Origin: a marine bacterium AO1-C
GTDB lineage: Bacteria; Bacteroidota; Bacteroidia; Cytophagales; Microscillaceae
NCBI GenBank assembly: GCA_001890965.1
Contig: MLAY01000008.1
Location: forward strand, 360,341 to 424,340
DNA: 64,000 nucleotides
Direction: 5' to 3'
Positions 8,439 through 17,929 of the stretch are shown one piece after another; positions within the stretch are counted from its first letter, which is position 1, and each line of letters opens with the position of its first letter. Made by a program: the position numbers and the translations under genes. The notes below the pieces were generated by a model that was given only the letters and a program-made list of their open reading frames with translations, was not told the DNA's origin and did no database searches.

Positions 8439-9875
8439 TTACTTATTGAACTTTGCCAAGTTTGCATTATAGTACTCTACAAAATATCGATGCATCCAAA
8501 ATACATCAAATTTATAACTGATGGTATTGATATTGACTGGCTTGATCGTGATTAAACCTGAACGATCTAATACTTCACTCACGTTGAAACGTAAGGTTTT
8601 ATGAGCCATTTTTACGGTCAATTCTTCACTCGATGCTACTGAAAACCAACCCGTTTTTTTATTCAGTTCTTCAGATTTGGTATAGTGAGCAGCAACTTTA
8701 GCCAACATTGCATAGTACTCTTTCGAGAACAACCCATTGGCACGAGGTCTACTGTGGGTATCTTGATTACGCCTTAGAGCTAGATCTACGATGTGCTTTC
8801 TCATCTTTTGTTCTTCTACTTTCCAGTTGGTAGGTGCCAATTCATTTACACATATACCTTGAATGTAGTCAAAAACTTTGTCACTGCTTGAGGCATTACT
8901 AAGCGATAACACTAAATATGGGAACTGCTTGAAATACTTTAGTGCCTGTCCAAAGATATCAACTTTTTGACTTTGATCTCTAAGCTTTCGTGTGGCCCAG
9001 TTATCAAACCGTACCTTTAGTTCTGATTTGTTCTTATATATTGGTGTTTGTAAATTCACTACTTTTACCTCACGGAATGAACGTCTGTGGGTATTATTCA
9101 AATGAGGGTAAAAAGCCTCAGGACGGCCAAACACAATAAAACTAATGGATGGCTTGGTAGCAGAACGATAATAGTTTTCCAACTTTCGTAATATTTGCTT
9201 TGATGCCTGGGGGTGTATCTCATCTAAATCATCAATTACCACTATGCGTTCTTTAGAAGCACCAGTAATTTTAAGTAATTGCTCTATGGAGATTTCAAAA
9301 TAGGGCATTTCACTCACTGTCACAGGGTTCTCAGCCACTCCTGGCAAGGTTACCCGCATTTTCAAATCAGGCTTTTGCGACACGTTGATGCCTGTAATTG
9401 GTGTGATAGGTTTCACAAACAGCTTACGCAAACTGATCATCTTCATTTTTTTTCCAAATACCTGTTTAGTTATCCCCAATCCTATCCAAGACTTTCCTGC
9501 ACCTGCTGATGCAGTAACATAGGTAATACTGGCATAAAGAGAATCACGTGTTGCCTTTAACTTTATAGTTTCCAAGCGGCTCTTAAGACGATCATTTACA
9601 TTGAAATAATGCGTCTGATTGTTCAGAAAGCGCGCCTTGCCTGGTGTATGAACAGAATATTTATTGGCTGCGCTCTTTTCTATATTCTTCAATACCTGAA
9701 TTTTAACCTCTGGAGAGCGTTTAAAATTATCTTTTAAATGACCACGAATAGTCAGCAAGCCTACCGCAACTGCCGAAACAGCTACCAAAGTATTTAATAC
9801 TTTCTGGATTTTGCTCGTCTTTTCAGGCTCTTTCTTCTTTCGTGACAGGAGTCTCTTTTTTCTAACCTTGTTCAT
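8439..9875 (-). CDS. membrane-anchored P-loop NTPase of unknown function
   Basis: Basic N-terminus + one TM (VLNTLVAVSAVAVGLLTI); Walker A SAGAGKSW; Walker B IVVIDDLDE; ~250-aa C-terminal region with no motif I recognise. Confidence 0.6.
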   Translation of the reverse strand: MNKVRKKRLLSRKKKEPEKTSKIQKVLNTLVAVSAVAVGLLTIRGHLKDNFKRSPEVKIQVLKNIEKSAANKYSVHTPGKARFLNNQTHYFNVNDRLKSRLETIKLKATRDSLYASITYVTASAGAGKSWIGLGITKQVFGKKMKMISLRKLFVKPITPITGINVSQKPDLKMRVTLPGVAENPVTVSEMPYFEISIEQLLKITGASKERIVVIDDLDEIHPQASKQILRKLENYYRSATKPSISFIVFGRPEAFYPHLNNTHRRSFREVKVVNLQTPIYKNKSELKVRFDNWATRKLRDQSQKVDIFGQALKYFKQFPYLVLSLSNASSSDKVFDYIQGICVNELAPTNWKVEEQKMRKHIVDLALRRNQDTHSRPRANGLFSKEYYAMLAKVAAHYTKSEELNKKTGWFSVASSEELTVKMAHKTLRFNVSEVLDRSGLITIKPVNINTISYKFDVFWMHRYFVEYYNANLAKFNK

Positions 9876-10497
9876 CTTTTTGATTATTTAGTGTTTTGGT
9901 AATTAATATTGTGGTGTTTATTTATCATATTCCCTCACTGTCTAAGTGAAGTTTTCTATATATACTCTTCAAAACATTTCTTTATGCTTTAATTCTCTCA
10001 ATCAGGCAAATCAATGTCGAGGCAATTTGAATAATTCCTTCGGTTACAAACAATGCAACCTCATAATGTATCGGTTTTGATCTTTTCAACAATTCTTTTT
10101 GATCCAACCTCTTTATCGTTTTTAGGGTAATGTTTTGACTCATCATAACCATACTGTTTAAATGTGCTTTGGGTAATTATTTATTCAAGTATACTATTCA
10201 AAGCTACTCAAAGCCATTGTTTTGGGTGAATTCAAAGATTTGCAGGGTGAATTATGATGAATAAAGGGTGGGCAAATTTTCGTAAGAAAGTAACGCTAGC
10301 CAGACTCCTAGACATAATGATGCAACAAGGTAATCACTCATAATAAAACCACAGTTTATATCGTTGGAAAAGCTCAAAACAACAACTTATTCTTTTTTAC
10401 TATGAGAAATAAAAAATCAAACAATAGTATCTTAATTATTAGCGAATAAAATTCTAAAGAGAATATAATACCTTCAATATCTATACTTGTTCAAAAG

Positions 10498-10791
10498 TTG
10501 GGGTTAATGATAGGAGGCATTGCCCATAATTATCAGCAGGCCTTGGATTTTTTTAGAAAGTCACCTCCAAACCTTATTATATGTGATTTTATCGAAGGTA
10601 AGCAATGGGATGGGATTGCCATTGTTAAAAAAATAAGTGAGCACTATCTTATCCCTGTCATACTTATTGCCGAAGAAGCCAACACCATTATTTTAGAAAA
10701 AGCCAGAGGTACTACTTTGGTGGGGTTTGTAACTAAACCACTTCCTCTCAGGCAACTCGAGATCAATATTGAGCTAGCGCTCAATGCTTAG
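10498..10791 (+). pseudogene. orphan/truncated response-regulator receiver domain (lacks N-terminal acidic pocket)
   Basis: Has receiver-like LIICDF (phospho-Asp-like), PVILIAEE, GFVTKP (conserved Lys) but starts on TTG and the frame opens only at 10450, so the first ~30 receiver residues (DD pocket) are missing; no output domain. Confidence 0.4.
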
Positions 10792-11001
10792 TATTATTTT
10801 TGAAAAGATGGGGTTCGGTAAATCATGTAGTATATCAAGGTATGCCTCACCCCTACCTATTTTACCGTGGTTTCTCCAACAAGCATTCCTTCATTCACCC
10901 TCGATATTCACTCATTTACCCTCAGGATTTTCTTGCTCACTGCTCTCAATATATCGTTCTCTCTTCATTCCGTGTAATTAAGTAACCACTTAATTCACAA
11001 T

Positions 11002-11370
11002 ATGACATTACAACTAATCACTATCGAACAAGCCCAGAAAATTGCCAACGAAAGTTTGTCTCAATTGAAAGCCTGGATTGATGATGGCAAAATAGAAACT
11101 TACAACAATCAGATTGTTCTAAGCAGCCTGAAAGCATATTTGCAAAAAAGACTCCTCAAGCAGTTGAAATTAAAGTTTGATGACAAAATCAACAATAATC
11201 CAGAATTTTTATCTAGCTACCAACGAATACGAAAACTTGATGAGATAGCCCCAATGAGTAAAGAAGACCTGATAGATGAGCCATTACCTGGCCCTCCTCA
11301 AGTAGGCATGCATGTTATTTTTATAATCCTGGGAACTTTAGGATTTGTCTTGTACACTATTTTTGGATAA
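11002..11370 (+). CDS. hypothetical tail-anchored membrane protein
   Basis: 122 aa, single C-terminal TM (MHVIFIILGTLGFVLYTIFG). Confidence 0.4.
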   Translation: MTLQLITIEQAQKIANESLSQLKAWIDDGKIETYNNQIVLSSLKAYLQKRLLKQLKLKFDDKINNNPEFLSSYQRIRKLDEIAPMSKEDLIDEPLPGPPQVGMHVIFIILGTLGFVLYTIFG

Positions 11371-11450
11371 ATATACTCTACTTACCCTTACCCATAAAAA
11401 AAGTGCTACCTGTTTCCAGGCAGCACTTTCATTTTATTGAAAGGCTCAAA

Positions 11451-13670
11451 TTATTTTTGAGAACCTTTTTTCTCTTTCATTTCCTTGAATTTAGAAGTCT
11501 TCGCATCTTTTCGTGGGAATGAATTGTTTTTAGTATCAATATCGGCAGTAGCCAATTTAGGATCTAAGGTAAACTGTACTACTTCTTTTTGAGTTACAAA
11601 TACTTTAGATACCTTTTTAGGGCTCATTTTCCAGATTTCAGCGGGAACAGTCACGATTTCGCTTGAACCATCCTTAAACTTCATTCCTACAATGATAGGC
11701 ATCAACAAACCACCCTTGTTTTCAAAGTCTAACTGATAGAAATAGCTCTTAGAGCTCATCACCTCTTTATCCTTCTTGGTAACGCTCAACCCACGTGCCT
11801 TTACACGAGCCATAATTCCATCAATGTATTTTTGATCATAAAACTTAGGCTTAAACACCATACCTGCGGTTGCATTCTTGTTAGCTTCGCTAGGTATACG
11901 GAATAACTTTACGCCTTCAATAGAAATGTCGCAAGGTTCAGTGCTATAGAACCAACCTCTCCAGAACCAATCTAAATCAACTCCAGAAGCATCTTCCATA
12001 GTACGGAAAAAATCAGCTGGTTTTGGGTGTTTAAACATCCATTTTTGAGAATACTCACGGAAAGCATAGTCAAACAACTCAGGACCCATTACTGTCTCAC
12101 GCAAAATGTTCAATGCCGTAGCAGGCTTGCTGTAAGCATTAGGTCCAAAGAAAGGAATAGACTCAGAGTTGGTCATAATTGGCACCATACGCTTAGGATC
12201 TATACGCATATAACGAATGATGTCTTTTGGGAATCCAGAACGAGAAGGGAATCCTTTTTTGTATACATCAGGAGCCCAAGGCTGCTTTTCTACTTCACGC
12301 TCAGTCAAGAACTGCACAAAAGAGTTCAAGCCTTCATCCATCCAGGTCCACTGTCTTTCGTCTGAGTTTACAATCATTGGGAAGAAGTTGTGTCCTACTT
12401 CGTGAATAATTACCCCAAACATACCATTTCTGGTTCTTGGGTTTACTTTGCCATCAGGACCAGGACGTCCGTAGTTGAAGCAAATCATTGGGTATTCCAT
12501 CCCGTTAGAAGCTTCTACCGAAATAGCTACTGGGTAAGGATAGTCAAAAGTATACTTAGAATAAGTTTTTAGTGTAAGGGCAATGATACGGGTAGAGTAT
12601 TTTCCCCAAAGTGGGTTAGCCTCTTTTGGATAGTAAGACATCGCCATTACTTTTTTACCACCTACGCTTACACCCATGGCATCCCAAATGTGCTTACGAG
12701 AACTGGTAAAAGCAAAATCTCTTACATTCTTAGCCTTATAAACCCAGGTCTTGGTCTTTTTAGACTTGGTTTTTTCTTTGGCTTCTGCTTCCTTTTGAGT
12801 AACTATTTCTACTGGGTCTTTTGCATTTTGAGCCTTCTTCCAACGCTTCATTTGCTCTTTGCTCAAAATATCTTTAGGGTTTTGCAACTCACCAGTAGCT
12901 CCTACAATATGATCTGCAGGTACAGTCAATGCCACCTCATAGTCTCCAAAAGTCAAGGCAAACTCACCACGACCTAAAAACTGCTTGTTTTGCCAGCCGT
13001 TTACATCATCGTACACACACATTCTTGGAAACCACTGCGCAATCGCATATACACTGTTACCATCTTTTGGAAAGAACTCATAGCCACCACGGCCACCAAT
13101 CTTCATGCGCTCACGCATCTTGTTTTTCCAATCTAAAGAAAAGGTAAAAGAACCGCCATTGGCTGCAATAGGCTTAGGCAATTCAATGCGCATCATAGTA
13201 CCATTGATGGTTATCTTTAAAGGATTACCACTTTTGTCTTTTACATTGGCAATCTTGTAACCATACTCATCATTGGTAACCGATACCCAACGAAACAAAC
13301 CATTAATGCTTCTTGGGCTATTGCTCAATTTCATCGTAGATATTTTGTAAGCAGTAGCATCTTTAGCAAATCGGTTTTGATCCAATTGCACCCAAAGGTA
13401 ACGCATGGGTAGTGGAGAGTTGTTAAAATAAGTAATGGTTTCAGAACCAGTAATCACATTTGTCTCCTCGTTCAAATTAGCCTTGATTTTATAATCAGCT
13501 TTTTGTTGCCAATATTTAGGGCCAGGAGAGCCATCACCAGTACGATAAACATTGGGGGTAGGTAAAGTTTGACCCAACTGCGCAAATTTAGAACTCACGT
13601 AAGGAGGATCTTGCTGAGCCATTGCGGCCACAGTCACGCAAGAGAACAAGAATAATAGAAGTTTTTTCAT
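11451..13670 (-). CDS. secreted M1-family (gluzincin) metallopeptidase, aminopeptidase N-like
   Basis: Signal peptide; HEVGHNFF then E 18 residues later within WMDEGLNSF (HExxH-X18-E); GMEYP upstream resembling GAMEN; K/E-rich C-terminal tail. Confidence 0.7.
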   Translation of the reverse strand: MKKLLLFLFSCVTVAAMAQQDPPYVSSKFAQLGQTLPTPNVYRTGDGSPGPKYWQQKADYKIKANLNEETNVITGSETITYFNNSPLPMRYLWVQLDQNRFAKDATAYKISTMKLSNSPRSINGLFRWVSVTNDEYGYKIANVKDKSGNPLKITINGTMMRIELPKPIAANGGSFTFSLDWKNKMRERMKIGGRGGYEFFPKDGNSVYAIAQWFPRMCVYDDVNGWQNKQFLGRGEFALTFGDYEVALTVPADHIVGATGELQNPKDILSKEQMKRWKKAQNAKDPVEIVTQKEAEAKEKTKSKKTKTWVYKAKNVRDFAFTSSRKHIWDAMGVSVGGKKVMAMSYYPKEANPLWGKYSTRIIALTLKTYSKYTFDYPYPVAISVEASNGMEYPMICFNYGRPGPDGKVNPRTRNGMFGVIIHEVGHNFFPMIVNSDERQWTWMDEGLNSFVQFLTEREVEKQPWAPDVYKKGFPSRSGFPKDIIRYMRIDPKRMVPIMTNSESIPFFGPNAYSKPATALNILRETVMGPELFDYAFREYSQKWMFKHPKPADFFRTMEDASGVDLDWFWRGWFYSTEPCDISIEGVKLFRIPSEANKNATAGMVFKPKFYDQKYIDGIMARVKARGLSVTKKDKEVMSSKSYFYQLDFENKGGLLMPIIVGMKFKDGSSEIVTVPAEIWKMSPKKVSKVFVTQKEVVQFTLDPKLATADIDTKNNSFPRKDAKTSKFKEMKEKKGSQK

Positions 13671-13929
13671 AAACTAATTTTTTTTAGAGTAGTGTAAAAA
13701 CAATTCCATAGAAGCTACTCAATAATTTTAGTGATATAAGCTTGGACCTGTTTTAAACAAATTTAGCCAGAAATAGGGGATTTGTCAGGATCGTTATAAC
13801 TTTTTTAACAAGTTATTTACATCCAGATGCAACATTGATGCATAAATAAACCACTTAATTTTACACCTTTTTACCTGATTTTGAGTTAGATATATTAGTA
13901 AATACACCCAACTAAAATATTTTTCAATT

Positions 13930-14397
13930 ATGATGATGACCTTTGTATTCATTTTCTATATGGCTACCAATATGGTACCTGCCAATGTAGATCAGTTTAA
14001 GATTGAAGCCCAAAATCCCAGCGACAAAACCGATACGATTATCTTGAACTTTGATCGAGATAAAACTGGCCGTTGGAAAGTGGTACCTAATCATAAACCA
14101 GATGATATCATGTTTTTTAAGTTTGATGACCAATCAAACTTTATCATGCAAGATGGCCAGGAAGGCAAAGAAAAAACCTATCCCTTGTTACAAAAAATGT
14201 CGGTAGAAAAAAATCATAAAAAGTGGAAAAAGGCAACAAGTGTTACTTTTAAAAATATAGAAAAAGACAAAAAGGGTTTGAAAGGCCTGGTGTTCGATAT
14301 CCAAAAGTCTGGTAAACGTAAAAGAACGATTACTATGGATACTGACAAAAACAAGGATATTGGAGAGCTACCAACAATGACCGTAATTTGGGAATAA
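13930..14397 (+). CDS. small Lys-rich hypothetical protein, paralog 1 of tandem triplet
   Basis: Hydrophobic N-terminus MMMTFVFIFYMATNMVPANVDQF; shared pattern …NF…K…W…PD…F.FD…PL…K.HKKWKK…VFDIQK.GK.KR.I with the next two genes. Confidence 0.55.
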   Translation: MMMTFVFIFYMATNMVPANVDQFKIEAQNPSDKTDTIILNFDRDKTGRWKVVPNHKPDDIMFFKFDDQSNFIMQDGQEGKEKTYPLLQKMSVEKNHKKWKKATSVTFKNIEKDKKGLKGLVFDIQKSGKRKRTITMDTDKNKDIGELPTMTVIWE

Positions 14398-14441
14398 AGC
14401 CGATATGTATGATGGACACTGAAAGCTTTCTAAACTTAAAA

Positions 14442-14903
14442 ATGGCCTATATTATTATCTTTTATTTGGCCACAAATGTTATTCCTGTCAATGTGGATCA
14501 GTTTTCTGTTGACATGACCAATCTTAAAGATAATTCAGAAAACCTGACCTTTAATTTTACTAAGCAAAAAGATAATTGGTGGCGGACAAAAGCCCAACAG
14601 CACCCTGATGAACCGCTCAATTTCAGGTTTGATAAAAACCTTGATTGCCACTTTTATGATCGCGATAGAGTTGCTCGCAAAGACGTTATTCCTTTGGGTA
14701 AATTGATGGAAATCAAAAAGGATCACAGAAAGTGGAAAAAAGCCAGGCAGGTTACACTTGAGAGCAGAAAAAAGTACCAGGGAAAAAGCAAAATTCTGGT
14801 ATTTGACATTCAAAAAACTGGCAAACAAAAGCGTAAGATTCAATTTAATGCGACCAAGAGTTCTGTTGACAGAAAACTCCCGGAAATACAGGTAAATTGG
14901 TAA
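14442..14903 (+). CDS. small Lys-rich hypothetical protein, paralog 2 of triplet
   Basis: Start moved to the ATG giving MAYIIIFYLATNVIPVNVDQF by homology with neighbours (ORF track start 14388). Confidence 0.55.
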   Translation: MAYIIIFYLATNVIPVNVDQFSVDMTNLKDNSENLTFNFTKQKDNWWRTKAQQHPDEPLNFRFDKNLDCHFYDRDRVARKDVIPLGKLMEIKKDHRKWKKARQVTLESRKKYQGKSKILVFDIQKTGKQKRKIQFNATKSSVDRKLPEIQVNW

Positions 14904-14945
14904 TAAATAACAATACCTATGGAACAAGTAAATATTTTGAATACA

Positions 14946-15404
14946 ATGGTGGCTTATACAATTATATTCTATTTAGCCACTAATATAGTGCCTGCCAATG
15001 CGGATAGGTTTTATATAGATACTCAGAATCTCAAGGACCCATCTCAAAAAATGACCTTGAATTTTACCAAACAAAAAGATGGTAATTGGAAAGTAGTACC
15101 AGATGTGGCTCCTGATGACCCTTTATATTTTAGTTTTGATAAAAATCTCAATTTTTATTCCCTTGAGGGGCGAAGTGGACAACGAGACACACTGCCATTA
15201 AGCAAGCTTATAAAAATTAAGAAAAACCATAAAAAATGGAAGAAAGTAACCGAGGTTATGATAAAACCCCGAAGTGCCGATTCACAAGAACGCCTTAGTT
15301 TTGTAGTAGAAAAAAAGGGGAAGAAACAAAGGATTATCAGGCCTGGAGATGATGTTAAAACTGAAGTAAAAGAAATTCCATCCATGCATCTTCGTTGGGA
15401 ATAA
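14946..15404 (+). CDS. small Lys-rich hypothetical protein, paralog 3 of triplet
   Basis: MVAYTIIFYLATNIVPANADRF…; start adjusted by homology (ORF track 14919). Confidence 0.55.
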   Translation: MVAYTIIFYLATNIVPANADRFYIDTQNLKDPSQKMTLNFTKQKDGNWKVVPDVAPDDPLYFSFDKNLNFYSLEGRSGQRDTLPLSKLIKIKKNHKKWKKVTEVMIKPRSADSQERLSFVVEKKGKKQRIIRPGDDVKTEVKEIPSMHLRWE

Positions 15405-15424
15405 GCATTCTTTTTTAGCTTAAG

Positions 15425-15486
15425 AACTCCTCTCGTTTTTTAATGATTAGTAAAATCATTTTAACATACGAGAGGAGTTTTGTTTA
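15425..15486 (+). terminator. long nested hairpin terminator (12-bp perfect stem aactcctctcgt/acgagaggagtt) + T-run
   Basis: Read directly, 20 bp after the triplet. Confidence 0.55.
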
Positions 15487-15767
15487 TATAGCTATGGCTA
15501 GTAATAGTACTCCAGCCAAAAGTAACGTTCCGATTAATAAAATTTCCTGTCCAGATAAATTCCGTTTCATAAATTATCTATTTGATGAGGTTAGCTATTT
15601 AGCTTGTTTTGAAATAAAAAAGAATGACAAATATCATTTACCCAAATAAAATTTCACAAAAACAAAACAATTCATAACATGTTGGGTTATAATGACACCT
15701 ACTTGTTTAACTTACACTACCCCAACATTAAACAAGCTAACATTGTGAACATTCAATTTTAAGAATT

Positions 15768-16001
15768 ATGAAAGGCATTCGCATTCCTATTTTTGTGACT
15801 ACCCTCTACCTTTTTATTTACACGCTTACTCCTCATCTCAACATTTCTCATAAAGTTACCATTACCATGTTTTTGTTTTCTCCATTTCTGATGGCCTGGA
15901 TGGTGCTCAGTATTTTGATTAAAGGAGAACCCAGCACTAAAAAATTCTCGGATGGTCACTGGTACGAAGACGTAGATAAAGTATATTCTAAGGACGCCTA
16001 A
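15768..16001 (+). CDS. possible small two-TM membrane protein
   Basis: 77-aa ORF with two hydrophobic helices upstream of the Crp-family gene; no homology I recognise. Confidence 0.25.
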   Translation: MKGIRIPIFVTTLYLFIYTLTPHLNISHKVTITMFLFSPFLMAWMVLSILIKGEPSTKKFSDGHWYEDVDKVYSKDA

Positions 16002-16191
16002 AAGCTTATCATTGTAAGGTTGTAGACACAGTTTCGAAAGATAGTGGTGTTACGGTGAAAAAAACCTTCGAAATCAGTAAATTAACCAACTGATTTTCAG
16101 AGCATTACTATTATTCAAAATAAGTTTAAATTTTAATCAGCCTTAAGGCAACCTTTTACCCCCTATTACTTGTACTGTCAATACTTGAAAA

Positions 16192-16890
16192 TTGAACCCA
16201 AAGTATTGCACCATGGAACAAGTATGGTTTTTAGAAAAAGTGGACCTGTTTAACTTACTGTGTCCACATAAATTCAAAGAGTTTCAGAAAACTCATCAAT
16301 TCAAAGAATATGGTCGTAATGAATTCATTTATTTGGATCAAGACGACGCCGACAAGATCTACCTCATTGTCAATGGAAAGGTAAAAATCTCCTCTTATAC
16401 CGAAGAAGGAGACGAAATCGTAAAAGCTATCCTAACCAAAGGAGAAGTTTTTGGCGAATTGGCCGCTCTTGGCGAAGACAAACGAGATGATTACGCACAA
16501 TCGGTAAGTTCTACCACTATTTGTGCGGTAGACAATCAAACCCTCCAGTCCTTATTACGCGATCACAAGGATTTTAGCATTAGTATTTATAAACTGGCCG
16601 GATGGCGCATCAAAAAATTAGAGCGACGCTTATCTTTGCTCATGTTTAAAGATGCTCGTACTCGTTTGCTTGAGTTTTTGAAAAACCTGGGACAAGAGCA
16701 AGGCCGAACCATTGGAGATACTATAGAAATTCAGCATTCGCTTACTCAAAAAGATATTGCGGATTTAATTGGAATCTCTCGCCCTACCCTAAACTCATTA
16801 TTAAATGAGCTTAAAAATCAAGGAATTGTAGATTTTCAGCGAAAAATTATTCGCCTTTATAAGAATAAACGGCAAATGTTAGCCAGCTAA
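16192..16890 (+). CDS. Crp/Fnr-family transcriptional regulator
   Basis: cNMP-binding-like GEVFGELAAL; C-terminal HTH TQKDIADLIGISRPTLNSLLNELKNQGIV. Confidence 0.75.
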   Translation: MNPKYCTMEQVWFLEKVDLFNLLCPHKFKEFQKTHQFKEYGRNEFIYLDQDDADKIYLIVNGKVKISSYTEEGDEIVKAILTKGEVFGELAALGEDKRDDYAQSVSSTTICAVDNQTLQSLLRDHKDFSISIYKLAGWRIKKLERRLSLLMFKDARTRLLEFLKNLGQEQGRTIGDTIEIQHSLTQKDIADLIGISRPTLNSLLNELKNQGIVDFQRKIIRLYKNKRQMLAS

Positions 16891-16957
16891 CACTTTAGTT
16901 TAACAATTTCGCTTGTTTTGCATTAAGAAAGTAAAAAACAACAATTTTTAAACTCTT

Positions 16958-17833
16958 ATGCAAAAACAAATCTTATTTATCGTTGCCCTATTCATGTTTG
17001 CTTTGGCAGGATGTCAAAAAGATGATAGTACTCCCAGCAATGGTGACCTAACCTTGAACCTTACCGGATTAGATGATTTAGGAAGTGACTTCGTATACGA
17101 AGGATGGGTAATTGTAGGAGGGGCTCCAGTAAGTACTGGAACATTTACTGTAAATTCTAGCGGTGCTTTGTCAAGTACTACTTTTTCAGTAAGCAAATCT
17201 AACCTTGACAATGCTACAGGTTTTGTATTGTCTATTGAGCCTGCTAATGATCCTGATCCTGCACCTTCTGCAGTAAAAATATTATCAGGAGATTTCTCAG
17301 GAAACACTGCTAACGTAAATATTACCTCTATAGTAGGTGATTTTAGTTCTTCTAGTGGAAAATATTTTCTCGCTACACCAACCGATGGCAACCAAAATCC
17401 TTTGAGTGGTGTATGGTTTATAGATAACAGTACTGGCACTAACACCGCTGGATTGAAAAACCTTCCAACCCTTGGCGATGGCTGGGTATACGAAGGTTGG
17501 GCAGTAATTAATGGTACTCCTGTAAGTACAGGTACTTTCAAAACTGCTAGTGGAGCAGATATGGGCCCTACGCCTACTTTTAGTGGACCAATGGGTGGCC
17601 CTGCTTATCCAGGGGAGGATTTCTTGATGAATGCACCTACCGGGTTGACATTCCCAACGAATCTATCAGGAGCAACCATCGTAGTTTCGGTAGAACCAGT
17701 GCCAGACAATAGCTCGGCTCCATTTACGCTCAAACCTTTGACAGGTATGGTACCTGCCACTGCAATGGGCGGAACAAATTATTCACTGGCTTTCAGTGCT
17801 ACATCATTCCCAACCGGCTCTGTGAGTCGCTAA
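16958..17833 (+). CDS. lipoprotein with two internal repeats resembling anti-sigma-K factor RskA C-terminal domain
   Basis: Lipobox FALAGCQKDD; repeated DFVYEGWVIVGGAPVSTGTF / DGWVYEGWAVINGTPVSTGTF. Resemblance to PF10099 is from memory and unverified. Confidence 0.4.
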   Translation: MQKQILFIVALFMFALAGCQKDDSTPSNGDLTLNLTGLDDLGSDFVYEGWVIVGGAPVSTGTFTVNSSGALSSTTFSVSKSNLDNATGFVLSIEPANDPDPAPSAVKILSGDFSGNTANVNITSIVGDFSSSSGKYFLATPTDGNQNPLSGVWFIDNSTGTNTAGLKNLPTLGDGWVYEGWAVINGTPVSTGTFKTASGADMGPTPTFSGPMGGPAYPGEDFLMNAPTGLTFPTNLSGATIVVSVEPVPDNSSAPFTLKPLTGMVPATAMGGTNYSLAFSATSFPTGSVSR

Positions 17834-17929
17834 TTGCAAGTGTATGCCGATTGGTGATCGGGTAAATTTTCAAGTTTCTCAATGGAAGTGCTTTGCGCTT
17901 CCATTGTTTGATTTAAGGGGTTTCAGTTA

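Noticed and set aside
10784-10985. Two overlapping 60-65-aa ORFs after the receiver fragment
   Set aside because: They overlap in different frames and are Ser/Phe/Leu-rich low-complexity; more likely non-coding remnants of the decayed two-component gene.
12027-13147. Several 60-110-aa + strand ORFs inside the M1 peptidase gene
   Set aside because: Antisense to a long gene with clear HExxH-X18-E motifs; typical shadow ORFs.
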